64,000 nt of DNA from Trueperaceae bacterium (GTDB taxonomy: Bacteria > Deinococcota > Deinococci > Deinococcales > Trueperaceae): contig OZ243913.1 of the NCBI GenBank assembly GCA_965213705.1, positions 288,001-352,000 of the forward strand. Direction: 5' to 3'. The position numbers and the translations under genes were made by a program. The first letter of the stretch is position 1, and the number at the start of each line of letters is the position of its first letter. The notes under the pieces were generated by a model. The model saw only the letters and a program-made list of their open reading frames with translations, did no database searches and was not told where the DNA came from. This document shows positions 55,502 through 64,000 of this stretch, in pieces.

Positions 55502-56788
55502 ATGCCCAAACTCTACCGCGCCCAGATTTTCCACACGCCCCGCAACCCGTTTCGGGACGAGGGCGCGCTCGAGCACTACGCCGACGGCGCGCTCGTCGTC
55601 GACGAAGACAAAATAGTGGCGGTCGGAGCTTACAGCGACCTCGCCCCGAAGTATCCCGACGCCGAGACGCTGGACCACCGGGACGCGTTCTTGTTTCCGG
55701 GTTTTATCGACACCCACGTCCACTACCCGCAAATCCCGGTCATCGGCGCGATGGGCTTGCGGCTCTTGGAGTGGCTGGAAACCCGCACCCTGCCCGAAGA
55801 GGCTCGCTTCGCCGACGCTGAATACGCTAGAAGTCAAGCTCAAATTTTCTTGCGGCAGCTCGCCCTGAACGGAACTACCACCGCACTCGTTTTCGGCGCA
55901 CATTTCAAAGAGGCGATGGACGTTTTTTTCGAGGCCGCCGACAGAAGCGGTTTACGCGTCACCTCGGGCCTCGTCCTCGGTGACCGGAACTTGTTGGCCG
56001 CGCTCCACACGACACCTGACAGGGCGTACCGCGAAAGTCGCAACCTCATCGACACCTGGCACAATCAAGGGCGGCTGCGTTACGCGGTCACGCCGCGCTT
56101 TTCGATTGCTGCGAGCGACGCGCTGCTGGCGGTATGTGGCCGCTTGTTGGAAGAAACGCCCGACCTCTTTTTTACGACCCACCTCAACGAACAAACCGAA
56201 GAGGTCAGCGCGGTGCTCAGGCTGTTCGAAGGCGCGCGGGACTACCTGGAAACCTACGAACACCACGGCCTCGTCACCCCGCGCTCGGTGTTCGCGCACA
56301 ACGTCCATGTGTACGACCGCGAGTTGGCGCGGCTGGGCGAGGTGGGTGCGAGCGTGGCCCACTGCCCGAGCAGCAACATGTTTATCGGCTCGGGCCTGTT
56401 CTCGCTGCGGCGACACCTGCGCTACGGCGTGAGCTTCGCCCTCGGCTCGGACGTGGGCGGCGGCACCGGCTTCAGCTTGTTCAAAGAAGGTTTGATGGCC
56501 TACCAGGTGCAGATGCTGTTTGATGACGGCTACCCGCTTACCTCGGCGCACCTGCTTTACTTGGCGACGCGGGCCGGGGCGAGGGCCCTGCGCTTAGACG
56601 ACGAGGTAGGCGACCTGACAAGGGGCAAACAGGCGGACTTTATCCTGGTAAAGCCCCCGCCGGGCAGCACGCTCGAGGTTACCTTGAAAAGCAGCCCCAC
56701 GCCCGAAGCCACGCTCGCCTCGGTGTTTACGCTGGCTCGAGAAGACTGTATCCGCGACGTGTTCGTCGGCGGGCGAACGGTTTTGTAG
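55502..56788 (+). CDS. guaD: Guanine deaminase
   Basis: PGFIDTHVHYPQ, YAVTPRF, THLNE and HCPSSN.FIGSGLF. Confidence 0.93.
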   Translation: MPKLYRAQIFHTPRNPFRDEGALEHYADGALVVDEDKIVAVGAYSDLAPKYPDAETLDHRDAFLFPGFIDTHVHYPQIPVIGAMGLRLLEWLETRTLPEEARFADAEYARSQAQIFLRQLALNGTTTALVFGAHFKEAMDVFFEAADRSGLRVTSGLVLGDRNLLAALHTTPDRAYRESRNLIDTWHNQGRLRYAVTPRFSIAASDALLAVCGRLLEETPDLFFTTHLNEQTEEVSAVLRLFEGARDYLETYEHHGLVTPRSVFAHNVHVYDRELARLGEVGASVAHCPSSNMFIGSGLFSLRRHLRYGVSFALGSDVGGGTGFSLFKEGLMAYQVQMLFDDGYPLTSAHLLYLATRAGARALRLDDEVGDLTRGKQADFILVKPPPGSTLEVTLKSSPTPEATLASVFTLAREDCIRDVFVGGRTVL

Positions 56789-56861
56789 GGTTTATCGAGG
56801 ACCCAGGTTTGTTAAGCTCTAGCAGGTGCGCCTGACCTACAGGGGCGCGCCCAGGAGACCC

Positions 56862-57671
56862 ATGCTGCTTCACCTCATTGCCGACTTCGGCCCGAACGAC
56901 CTCGCCTTTGCCGAAGTCGCGCAACGCCTCAAACTGCACTTGCCCGAGGCCGAAACAGTGCTCACCACCGTCCCGCCGTTTGCGACGCTGGCGGCGGGTT
57001 TGTGCGCGGCGCAACTCGGTCTGAACGACGCGCCGCCCGGCACGCTTTTGTTTCACAACGTCGCGCCGCGCCGCGACGACCGGGCGGCCAGAACCGACAA
57101 CGACGGCGAACGCCTCGCCTACGCGCGGCTGCCGAACGGCGTGCAGGTCGTCGGGGTCAACGCCGGTTACGCGTTTTCGTTTTTGAAAGACGTTGCTTTT
57201 GGGGACGGCGTGACCGAGCTGCGCTTCGTCAACGCGCCCTCGGCGGGCTCACAGTTCCGCTCGCGCGACCTGTTTCCGCAAGCGTTCGCGGCGGTTGTTC
57301 GAGGCGAGGACGGCGCGCTGGCCGAGGCTGTGCAGCCCCAGCAGGTGCCGGACGTGCCCGACAACCGCCTCGCCTACATCGACGGCTTCGGCAACCTCAA
57401 AACGACCTGCCGCTTCGGAGAGCGCTCGCCCGGGACCCGTCTTCAAATTACCCTGAACGGGGTCGAACGTCACGCCGTCTGCACGGACGGCAGTTTTTCC
57501 GTTCCGCAAGGAGAGCTGGCCTTTTCAAAAGGCAGCAGCGGTTGGGCGACCTCGCGGGGCGAGGTGCGTTTTATGGAGCTGTTTTTGCGCGGCGGCAGCG
57601 CTTGGGAAACGTTCGGGCGACCCGCGGTCGGCGACAAGTTGCAGGTTGCGAACGAGCCTCGCAGCGCGTAA
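56862..57671 (+). CDS. SAM hydroxide adenosyltransferase / chlorinase-fluorinase (DUF62) family protein
   Basis: LIADFG..D, QFRSRDLFP and YIDGFGNLKT. Confidence 0.75.
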   Translation: MLLHLIADFGPNDLAFAEVAQRLKLHLPEAETVLTTVPPFATLAAGLCAAQLGLNDAPPGTLLFHNVAPRRDDRAARTDNDGERLAYARLPNGVQVVGVNAGYAFSFLKDVAFGDGVTELRFVNAPSAGSQFRSRDLFPQAFAAVVRGEDGALAEAVQPQQVPDVPDNRLAYIDGFGNLKTTCRFGERSPGTRLQITLNGVERHAVCTDGSFSVPQGELAFSKGSSGWATSRGEVRFMELFLRGGSAWETFGRPAVGDKLQVANEPRSA

Positions 57672-57714
57672 AGGTTTACGGAAACTCTGAGGTGTCGAAA
57701 GTCGACCGCGGCTG

Positions 57715-58282
57715 TTACACCGAGTCAAGTATCTTGCCGAGGAGTACGCGCGCTCTCTCGGCCACCTCTTCCGGCGCTCGGAACAAGGCCATGACCGTGG
57801 CCCCGTCGAGCACGAGCAGGAGTTCGTGCGACACGCTTTCGGGCTGGCCGAGCCCGGCGTCACGTGCCAAACCTTCAAAGTAGCTCCTGACCGCCTCTTT
57901 TTGCCGCCACGTCACCTCTCTGACGTCGGCCGCGTCGCGGCCGAGTTCGACGACGGCGTTCAAAAAAGAGCAGCCCCGGTAAGCGTCGCCCTGCGGCCAC
58001 CCAAGGCACATTTCCAGCGCCCTGACAAGACGTGCCTTCGGGTCGTCGCTGTGGGCTTCGGCGCTGCGCAACCACTCGAGCCTCTTTTTCAACCTTTGCT
58101 CCAGCACGGCGCGGGAGGTCGGTCTTCGAGCCGAAGTTGTAGTAGAGCGTGCCGCGCGACACGCCCACGTGTTCGAAAATCTCGTCGATACCCACGTTGG
58201 TAAAACCGCGTTCGCAAAGAAGGTCGGAGGCGGCCGCGACGAGCCGGTCTCGAGCTTTTGAGGAAGCAGGAACGTTTGACAC
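57715..58282 (-). pseudogene. TetR/NemR-like regulator, frameshifted near 58113
   Basis: The HTH (GF.NVGIDEI....GVSRGTLYYNFGSKTDL) is in one frame and the C-domain (RGCSFLNAVVE...LLLVLDGA) in another. Confidence 0.82.
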
Positions 58283-58291
58283 CTCGTTACA

Positions 58292-58334
58292 TAGACTAAG
58301 CTGTCTAAAGATGTTTTAGACAAGCTTGTCTAAA
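58292..58334. promoter_or_regulatory. Tandem TAGAC-N6-GTCTA operators between divergent tetR and ahpD-like genes
   Basis: TAGACTAAGCTGTCTA (58292-58307) and the perfect palindrome TTTAGACAAGCTTGTCTAAA (58315-58334). Confidence 0.8.
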
Positions 58335-58381
58335 TCAAAAAGCCAGCTCGGAGTGAAGGATTGACGAAGAAAGGAATTACG

Positions 58382-58909
58382 ATGGGGCACTTGCCCGGTT
58401 TTGAGAACGCTACCCTGCTAGACGTTTACAAGCGCTACCCGCCGCTGGCAAAACACGTGCTCGGCTTGGCCGAAACGGCCTTCACGCTGACGAGTGAGGT
58501 CACTCGGGCCGAGGGTGAGCTGCTGGGCGTGTTCGTGTCCGGGCTCAACGGCTGTGACTACTGCCGCGGCGTCCACGGTTCGGCGGCAACCGCCTGCGGC
58601 CTTACGCCCCCCAAAGCAAACGAACCCGCGTACGGCGGCGCGCGCTGGCAACCTGTGTTCGACTACGTCCGCACGCTCACGCTGGCACCGGGCAGCGTTA
58701 CGCCGGAACACGTCTCAGCACTTTTGAAGCAGGGTTGGTCCGAGGTCGCCGTAACGCAGTTCGCCCTGCTGACCTGCACCTTCAACACGCTGAACCGCTT
58801 GGTGGACGGCCTGGGTTTGAGCGCGACGGAGGACTTTTTCACCGCGGCGGGCGCGCGTTTGGCGGACGTTGGCTACGCGGGCACCGCCGAGTTGTTGGGG
58901 GTGGGCTGA
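58382..58909 (+). CDS. Carboxymuconolactone decarboxylase / AhpD-like peroxidase
   Basis: VSGLNGCDYC..VH and FNTLNRLVDGLG; RBS-like AAAGGA before ATG 58382. Confidence 0.85.
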   Translation: MGHLPGFENATLLDVYKRYPPLAKHVLGLAETAFTLTSEVTRAEGELLGVFVSGLNGCDYCRGVHGSAATACGLTPPKANEPAYGGARWQPVFDYVRTLTLAPGSVTPEHVSALLKQGWSEVAVTQFALLTCTFNTLNRLVDGLGLSATEDFFTAAGARLADVGYAGTAELLGVG

Positions 58910-58937
58910 CGGGGCTCGAGCGCTCGAGCCCCGTCAG

Positions 58938-59105
58938 CCTGTGCGCCGCCCTCGTGGTGACGCTCGGCATGAGCGTCAGACAGGCGTTCAGGATTTTTCT
59001 CGTCCCGGCGACTTTCTCATCCCGGTGACAGACAAGTTTGGACGTGAGCCGTCAGGCTTTCGGCCTGGCGGTCGCGCTGCAAAGCCTCGGGTGGCGTTTG
59101 GGTAA
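58938..59105 (+). pseudogene. N-terminal remnant of an MFS transporter
   Basis: LCAALVVTLGMSVRQAF.IFLVP...SRQAFGLAVALQSL.W with an internal stop and a 17-bp tandem duplication (TTTCTCGTCCCGGCGAC / TTTCTCATCCCGGTGAC). Confidence 0.6.
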
Positions 59106-59171
59106 CGGTTGTCGTAGAGAGGGGCTCGAGGGCGCTTCATTTGATGACAGTCAATGAACCGACGGGCGGTG

Positions 59172-59591
59172 TCAAACTGCCTTTGCAACCGCCTCGACCA
59201 GCTTGGTCAACGAACTGCGCGCGGCGAACTCGGCTGGGATGAGCCAAGCGTAATCATCGTGTTCGCCACTCATGACGACTTCGCCCGACACGTAGCGCGC
59301 CCGGTAAACGACGACGACCATCGGTAAACTTTTTCGTTCGGCTGTGTAGACGGTGAGGGGCCGCGGCTCGACAGCGACCTCTAAACCGCACTCCTCGAAA
59401 ATCTCTCGCTTCACCGCCGCCAGCGGGTCTTCGCCCGCGTCCAAACGGCCCGAAAGCGTTTCCCACAAGCCGGGTCCGGCGTCTTTGTCGGCAGCGCGGC
59501 GCATGGCGAGCACTTTACCGTTCCGAACAACCACGGCGGTGACCGCCACGACGAACAGCTGCGTGCCATCCGACTGCTCGACCCCGCTCAA
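59172..59591 (-). CDS. NUDIX hydrolase
   Basis: Nudix box GRLDAGEDPLAAVKREIFEECGL. Confidence 0.88.
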   Translation of the reverse strand: MSGVEQSDGTQLFVVAVTAVVVRNGKVLAMRRAADKDAGPGLWETLSGRLDAGEDPLAAVKREIFEECGLEVAVEPRPLTVYTAERKSLPMVVVVYRARYVSGEVVMSGEHDDYAWLIPAEFAARSSLTKLVEAVAKAV

Positions 59592-59601
59592 ACCGGCTCG
59601 C

Positions 59602-60459
59602 TCAAACCTGCGGCTTCGTGTGCATGTACATCCCGAAGGTGCCCGGCCCCACGTGGGTGGCGATGACCGCGCCGATTTCGTAGACGCCGCCGTCCTCGAA
59701 CACGACGCCCGCGTCTTGCACGGCGCGCTGCAGCGTTTTAGCCGCCTCTACGTCCTGGATGTGTAAGAAGCTGATTTTGAGGGGGCCGCTGTGCTTCTGA
59801 GCGTAGCTGACCGTTTGGTCGACGAGTTCTTTGATAGCCTTTTTCGTACCGCGCACCCGACCCGCCGGCTCGACCTTGCCGCCTTTCACGGTGAGCAGCG
59901 GTTTGATGTTGAGGAGGCTGCCGAGCAGCGCCTGCGCCCCGCCGATGCGGCCATTTTTTTGTAAAAAGTCCAAAGTGGCGACGGTAAACAAGATAAAGTT
60001 GGTGTCGCGGATGTGCTCGAGCGCCTGCATAATCTTGTTCATGCTCGCGCCCTCGTCGCGCAGCCGCGCCGCCGCTTTGACCATGTCGCCCAAGCCGATG
60101 CTCGCCGCGCGGCTGTCGAAGACGGTGACCGGCACGTCGACCTCCGCTTTCGCCAGGTTCGCCGACTGCACGGTGCCGGACAGCTCGCCGCTGATGGTCA
60201 GGCACAAAACCTGCTCGGCCCCTCGCGCCGCCGCGGCCTGAAAAGCGTTCTCAAAGTCTTGCGGGCTCGGCTGACTCGTCGAGGGCAGCGCCGCCCCCTC
60301 GGAAACGCCCTTGACGATGGCGGCGGGACTGATTTCGACCCAGTCCTTGAACACCTCGCCCTTAAAGTTGACGTAGAGCGGCACGCGTTGCACGTTCAGG
60401 GCGGCGAGTTCGGCTTCTTTTAGGTCACAGGTCGAATCGGTGATGATGGCAAGGTTCAT
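59602..60459 (-). CDS. DegV family fatty-acid-binding protein
   Basis: IITDSTCDL, STSQPSP, LSGT, GRIG and THVGPG. Confidence 0.95.
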   Translation of the reverse strand: MNLAIITDSTCDLKEAELAALNVQRVPLYVNFKGEVFKDWVEISPAAIVKGVSEGAALPSTSQPSPQDFENAFQAAAARGAEQVLCLTISGELSGTVQSANLAKAEVDVPVTVFDSRAASIGLGDMVKAAARLRDEGASMNKIMQALEHIRDTNFILFTVATLDFLQKNGRIGGAQALLGSLLNIKPLLTVKGGKVEPAGRVRGTKKAIKELVDQTVSYAQKHSGPLKISFLHIQDVEAAKTLQRAVQDAGVVFEDGGVYEIGAVIATHVGPGTFGMYMHTKPQV

Positions 60460-60619
60460 AAGCCTCCTTTGTCGGTAACGGCAAGGCGTGGGCTAAAAAC
60501 GTTCACAAACGCCCCTCAACCTCTTACGCAGGTGTCGTTACCGAGTATACGTGAGAAAACGCCGCAACAAAAGAACCGGACACAAGAAATGGCACAAGCT
60601 CGAGGGACATTTTCGCGTT

Positions 60620-61429
60620 ATGGTTGAGTTTATGTTGACACCCACCGACACCCTTTGGGCGCTGCTCACGCCGGGCAACCTCGTCGTGCTCCTTTTCTTG
60701 GCGGGCTTTGCGGCGCTGAGCTTGCGCTGGCACGCGTTCGGGCGGCGGCTCGTCGGCTTCGCCCTGCTGCTGGCGCTGCTGCCCGCGCTGCTGCCTGTCA
60801 CCGACCTGCTGGCGCAACCGCTCGAGACCCGCGTGTTCGTGCCGAACCCGCTGCCGGAGCGCGTCGACGGTATCGTCGTGCTGGGCGGCTCGGTCGACTG
60901 GCGGACGAGCCAAGCCTGGGGACAACTCAACACCAACAGCGCGGGCGAGCGCATGATGGCCGGGGCCGCCCTCGCCGAACGCTACCCCGACGCCAGGTTT
61001 ATCCTGACCGGGTTAGTCAGCAGGTACATACCCGAGGAGTTTCAAGCCTTGGGGACGGCCAAGACTTTCTTTGCCAGCCCCGCTTTCGAGGGACGTAAAA
61101 TTCACTACCTGTACCAGGCGCGCAGCACCTACGAAGAAGCGCTTTTGAGCTTGCAGCGCGCGCAACCCCAGCGGGGCGAAACCTGGCTGCTGGTGACGAG
61201 CGCCTGGCACATGCCGCGGGCGCTGGAAACGTTCAAGGCACAGGGTTGGACCCTTGTCCCTTATCCGGTCGACTACCAGAGTAAAGGCCGCGTCGTCTTC
61301 GACCCTTCGCTGGACGTCATAGGACGTCTGGAAGACCTGAACAAAATCGCGCGCGAGTGGGGGGCGCTGTTTGTGTACCGGGCACTGGGGCGTACCCAGG
61401 AATTGTTACCCGAGCGGTTCGGGTCGTAG
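60620..61429 (+). CDS. YdcF / DUF218 family protein
   Basis: IVVLGG, ARSTYEEA and LVTSAWHMPRA; start could be 60620 or 60632. Confidence 0.87.
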   Translation: MVEFMLTPTDTLWALLTPGNLVVLLFLAGFAALSLRWHAFGRRLVGFALLLALLPALLPVTDLLAQPLETRVFVPNPLPERVDGIVVLGGSVDWRTSQAWGQLNTNSAGERMMAGAALAERYPDARFILTGLVSRYIPEEFQALGTAKTFFASPAFEGRKIHYLYQARSTYEEALLSLQRAQPQRGETWLLVTSAWHMPRALETFKAQGWTLVPYPVDYQSKGRVVFDPSLDVIGRLEDLNKIAREWGALFVYRALGRTQELLPERFGS

Positions 61430-61515
61430 CGAAAAGCCAGTAGTTCGTAGCCAGTAGCCTGTGGATTTTCCTACAAGCCACTTGCCACAAGCTTCACCGT
61501 GCTTAAACGCAAACT

Positions 61516-62760
61516 TTAAGTTACTTTGCTCGCCTCTTCGCTTCCCTCTTTGTACGCGCCCGTGTCCAGCAAGTCCCGCAGTGTTTTTACCGTCGTCTCG
61601 AGTTCCGCTTCGGTGTTGTAGAGCGCGACGGGGGCGAGGCGGAGTAGGTCGGGTTGGCGGTAGTCGGGGACAATATCGCGTTCGCGCAGGGCGAGGCTTA
61701 AACTTTTGGCGTGCGCGTGCTCGAGAACCACGTGGCCGCCACGTTCCTCCGGGTCGCGCGGCGTCCGCACCGGCATCTCGGGCAAGTGTTCGTCGGCCAG
61801 GGCGATGAGGTGTTCGGTCAGTTCCAGTGAGCGCGCCCGCACCTCTTGAATGGTGACCTCTTCGAAGATGGCTAACGCGCCCTCGAGGCCCGCCAAGGCC
61901 AAAATGCTCGGCGTGCTGATCTGGTACGCGCCCGCGCCCGCAGCGGGGGTAAAGTCTTGACTCATGTCGAACTGCGTCGTCTTGTCGTGGCCCCACCAGC
62001 CCGGCAAGCCCGGCGTCTTGTCGAAGTGCCGCTCGTGGACGAACAAACCGCCCGGCGCGCCGGGGCCGGCGTTCAGGTACTTGTAGGTACACCAGACCGC
62101 AAAGTCGACCCCGTCCTCGTGAAACGCGTGCGGCAGCGCGCCGACGGAGTGCGCCGCGTCCCAGCCAATCGTCACGCCGCGCTCGTGCGCCTGCCGGGTG
62201 ATGGTGGCGACGTCCAGGAGTTGCCCGCTCCGGTACAGCACCGTCGGCAGCACGGCCAGCGTCACGCCGCCGCCGAGCGCGTCCCAGACGTCGTCGGGGT
62301 GCAAGGTATGGCCGTCGCGCGACCCTATGAGTTTCAGGTCGCCGCCGTAGCGCTCGGTCCAGGCTTTAAGAGCGTACAAGTCGCTCGGAAAGTCGAGGGC
62401 GGTCGCCAGGATGTTCCTGCGCACGCCTTCGGGCTGGTAAAAGGTGGCGAGGAGCGCGTGCAGGTTCGTCGTGATGCTGCCGGTCGTAATGACCTCGCTC
62501 GGCTGCGCCCCGACGAGCTTGCCGAGGGCGGGCGACAGCCGCTCGGCGAGTTCGAACCACTCGTCCCAGGCGTTCACCGCCTTGTACTGCCACTGCTTCA
62601 AACGGCGTTCAATGGCTGCCTGCGCGGCGTAGCTCAAGGGGCCGAGCGAGTTGCCGTCTAAATAGATGCCTTTGGGCAGGATGAAAGCGTCACGTTTCAA
62701 CGTGAAACCACGAGTAAACGATTCGGCGAGGGTTGCAAAGACCTTGTCATTGCCCGCCAT
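61516..62760 (-). CDS. kynU: Kynureninase
   Basis: YLDGNSLG, FPSDLY, WD.AHSVG and WCTYKYLNAGPG. Confidence 0.94.
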   Translation of the reverse strand: MAGNDKVFATLAESFTRGFTLKRDAFILPKGIYLDGNSLGPLSYAAQAAIERRLKQWQYKAVNAWDEWFELAERLSPALGKLVGAQPSEVITTGSITTNLHALLATFYQPEGVRRNILATALDFPSDLYALKAWTERYGGDLKLIGSRDGHTLHPDDVWDALGGGVTLAVLPTVLYRSGQLLDVATITRQAHERGVTIGWDAAHSVGALPHAFHEDGVDFAVWCTYKYLNAGPGAPGGLFVHERHFDKTPGLPGWWGHDKTTQFDMSQDFTPAAGAGAYQISTPSILALAGLEGALAIFEEVTIQEVRARSLELTEHLIALADEHLPEMPVRTPRDPEERGGHVVLEHAHAKSLSLALRERDIVPDYRQPDLLRLAPVALYNTEAELETTVKTLRDLLDTGAYKEGSEEASKVT

Positions 62761-62972
62761 AATACCTCAGACAAAGTCTCGAGTCCTGGACCGAAAAAGG
62801 CCACGTCTTCCGCCTCTTACCCAAGACACGAAACCTCGAGAACTTCACTTCGTCCACTAGGCTGCAAACTTGTACAAAGCCTGCACTGCGACACTAAATC
62901 CCCCCTGACAAGGTGCTAGAATAAACCAAGAAATGCGGAACCTGTCAGGTTTTAGCCCCCTAGGAGGTTTGT

Positions 62973-63332
62973 ATGTACAGAGGTCGTGAAGGCCAGTGGG
63001 CCTTCGTGCTCCACCGCTTGTCGGGCGTGGCGTTGGCGCTTTATTTGTTTTTACACGTCATCGACATCAGCTTGGTGATGTACGGCCCCGAGGGTCCGTT
63101 CAACGCGTTTCTGGCGTTTTATCACCAGTGGCCGTTCCGCATCGGGCTGGTTTTGGTTATTGCCGGCGTCGTGTACCATGCGTTCAACGGTTTGCGCATC
63201 ATCTTGATGGACTTTACGTCCTGGGCGGTTAAGTTCCAGCGCGTGCTGTGGTATGGGGTCGTCGGCATCACGGCGATTATCGGCGTGCCGGTGCTGTGGA
63301 AAATCGTTCCTGAAATCTTCGGAGGAGCTTAA
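62973..63332 (+). CDS. sdhC: Succinate dehydrogenase cytochrome b556 subunit
   Basis: MYRGREGQWAFVLHRLSG and HAFNGLRI; RBS AGGAGG. Confidence 0.93.
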   Translation: MYRGREGQWAFVLHRLSGVALALYLFLHVIDISLVMYGPEGPFNAFLAFYHQWPFRIGLVLVIAGVVYHAFNGLRIILMDFTSWAVKFQRVLWYGVVGITAIIGVPVLWKIVPEIFGGA

Positions 63333-63757
63333 TGGCGGTCAAGGCTAAAAGCCTGAGTCAGGCGCGGGGCGTCTACGCGACCAACACCGAACTTGCCTGG
63401 TGGGTCTTTATGCGGGTATCGGGTTTGGCGCTCGTTTTCTTGGTGTTTGGGCACGTGTGGTTCAACAACATCAACATCAACGTCGCCGACGTCGACTACA
63501 ACTACGTCGCCATGCGCTTTTCCAAGGGTTGGGTCAAGGTTTACGACTCGTTCTTGCTCGGCTTCGCGCTGCTCCACGGCACCAACGGCCTGCGCTACAG
63601 CGTCGAGGACTACTTCCAGAACCCCAACCGGCGCTTTTGGGCCAAAACCGTGCTTTACAGCGTGGCGGGCGTCGTCTTCGTGCTCGGTGTGATGACGCTG
63701 TGGGCGTTCTCTTATACCGAAATGGGCGACGCGGTTCGCGCCCTCCCCCACAACTAG
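63332..63757 (+). CDS. sdhD: Succinate dehydrogenase hydrophobic anchor subunit
   Basis: WVFMRVSG, HG.NGLR..EDY. Confidence 0.9.
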   Translation: MAVKAKSLSQARGVYATNTELAWWVFMRVSGLALVFLVFGHVWFNNININVADVDYNYVAMRFSKGWVKVYDSFLLGFALLHGTNGLRYSVEDYFQNPNRRFWAKTVLYSVAGVVFVLGVMTLWAFSYTEMGDAVRALPHN

Positions 63758-63779
63758 GTGAAAACCAGCGAGGTTTTAA

Positions 63780-64000
63780 GTGAATAGAGCACATAAATAC
63801 GACGTGATCATCGTGGGGGCGGGCGGCTCGGGGCTGATGGCGGCGCGTTACGCGGCGCAGAACCCGAATGTGTCGGTGGCGGTCGTGTCCAAACTCTACC
63901 CGACTAGATCGCACACGGGCGCGGCGCAGGGCGGCGTCGGCGCGGCGCTCGGCAACGTGTCGGAAGACCACCCCGAGTGGCACGCCTTCGACACCATCAA
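63780..64000 (+). CDS. sdhA: Succinate dehydrogenase flavoprotein subunit (5' part, runs off the window edge)
   Basis: From GTG 63780: YDVIIVGAGGSG...SKLYPTRSHTGAAQGG. Confidence 0.93.
   Translation, partial: MNRAHKYDVIIVGAGGSGLMAARYAAQNPNVSVAVVSKLYPTRSHTGAAQGGVGAALGNVSEDHPEWHAFDTI

Overview
High-GC bacterial chromosome segment, very likely Deinococcota (Truepera-like). The evidence is a 23S-5S-tRNA-Gly(GCC) operon with no linked 16S, many apparently leaderless genes (a TAnnnT box 5-7 nt before the start codon) and strong CTCGAG over-representation. Most of the window is housekeeping or metabolic: fadJ/fadI, lpdA, dxs, rph-rdgB, acyl-ACP desaturase, paaZ, udp, ttcA, a LacI-regulated polyol ABC operon, guaD, kynU and sdhCDA. 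Accessory content includes: (1) a low-GC three-gene cassette (TIGR04255 protein plus two hypotheticals, the last with an ADP-ribosyltransferase-like R/S/H pattern), the best candidate for an uncharacterised toxin-antitoxin-chaperone or defence system; (2) a VapBC module bracketed by a diverged duplicate of the fadJ 3' end; (3) an intact IS1-family element with inverted repeats, 8-bp target duplication and a frameshift site; (4) a PIN toxin truncated by a low-GC CFI-box-CTERM gene; (5) an orphan PrnC-like flavin halogenase beside a DrrAB exporter flanked by palindromic elements; (6) a strand-biased intergenic repeat family; (7) two frameshifted regulators (MocR, TetR); (8) a candidate structured ncRNA. 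No CRISPR array was seen. All family assignments come from motif recognition by eye, not database searches.
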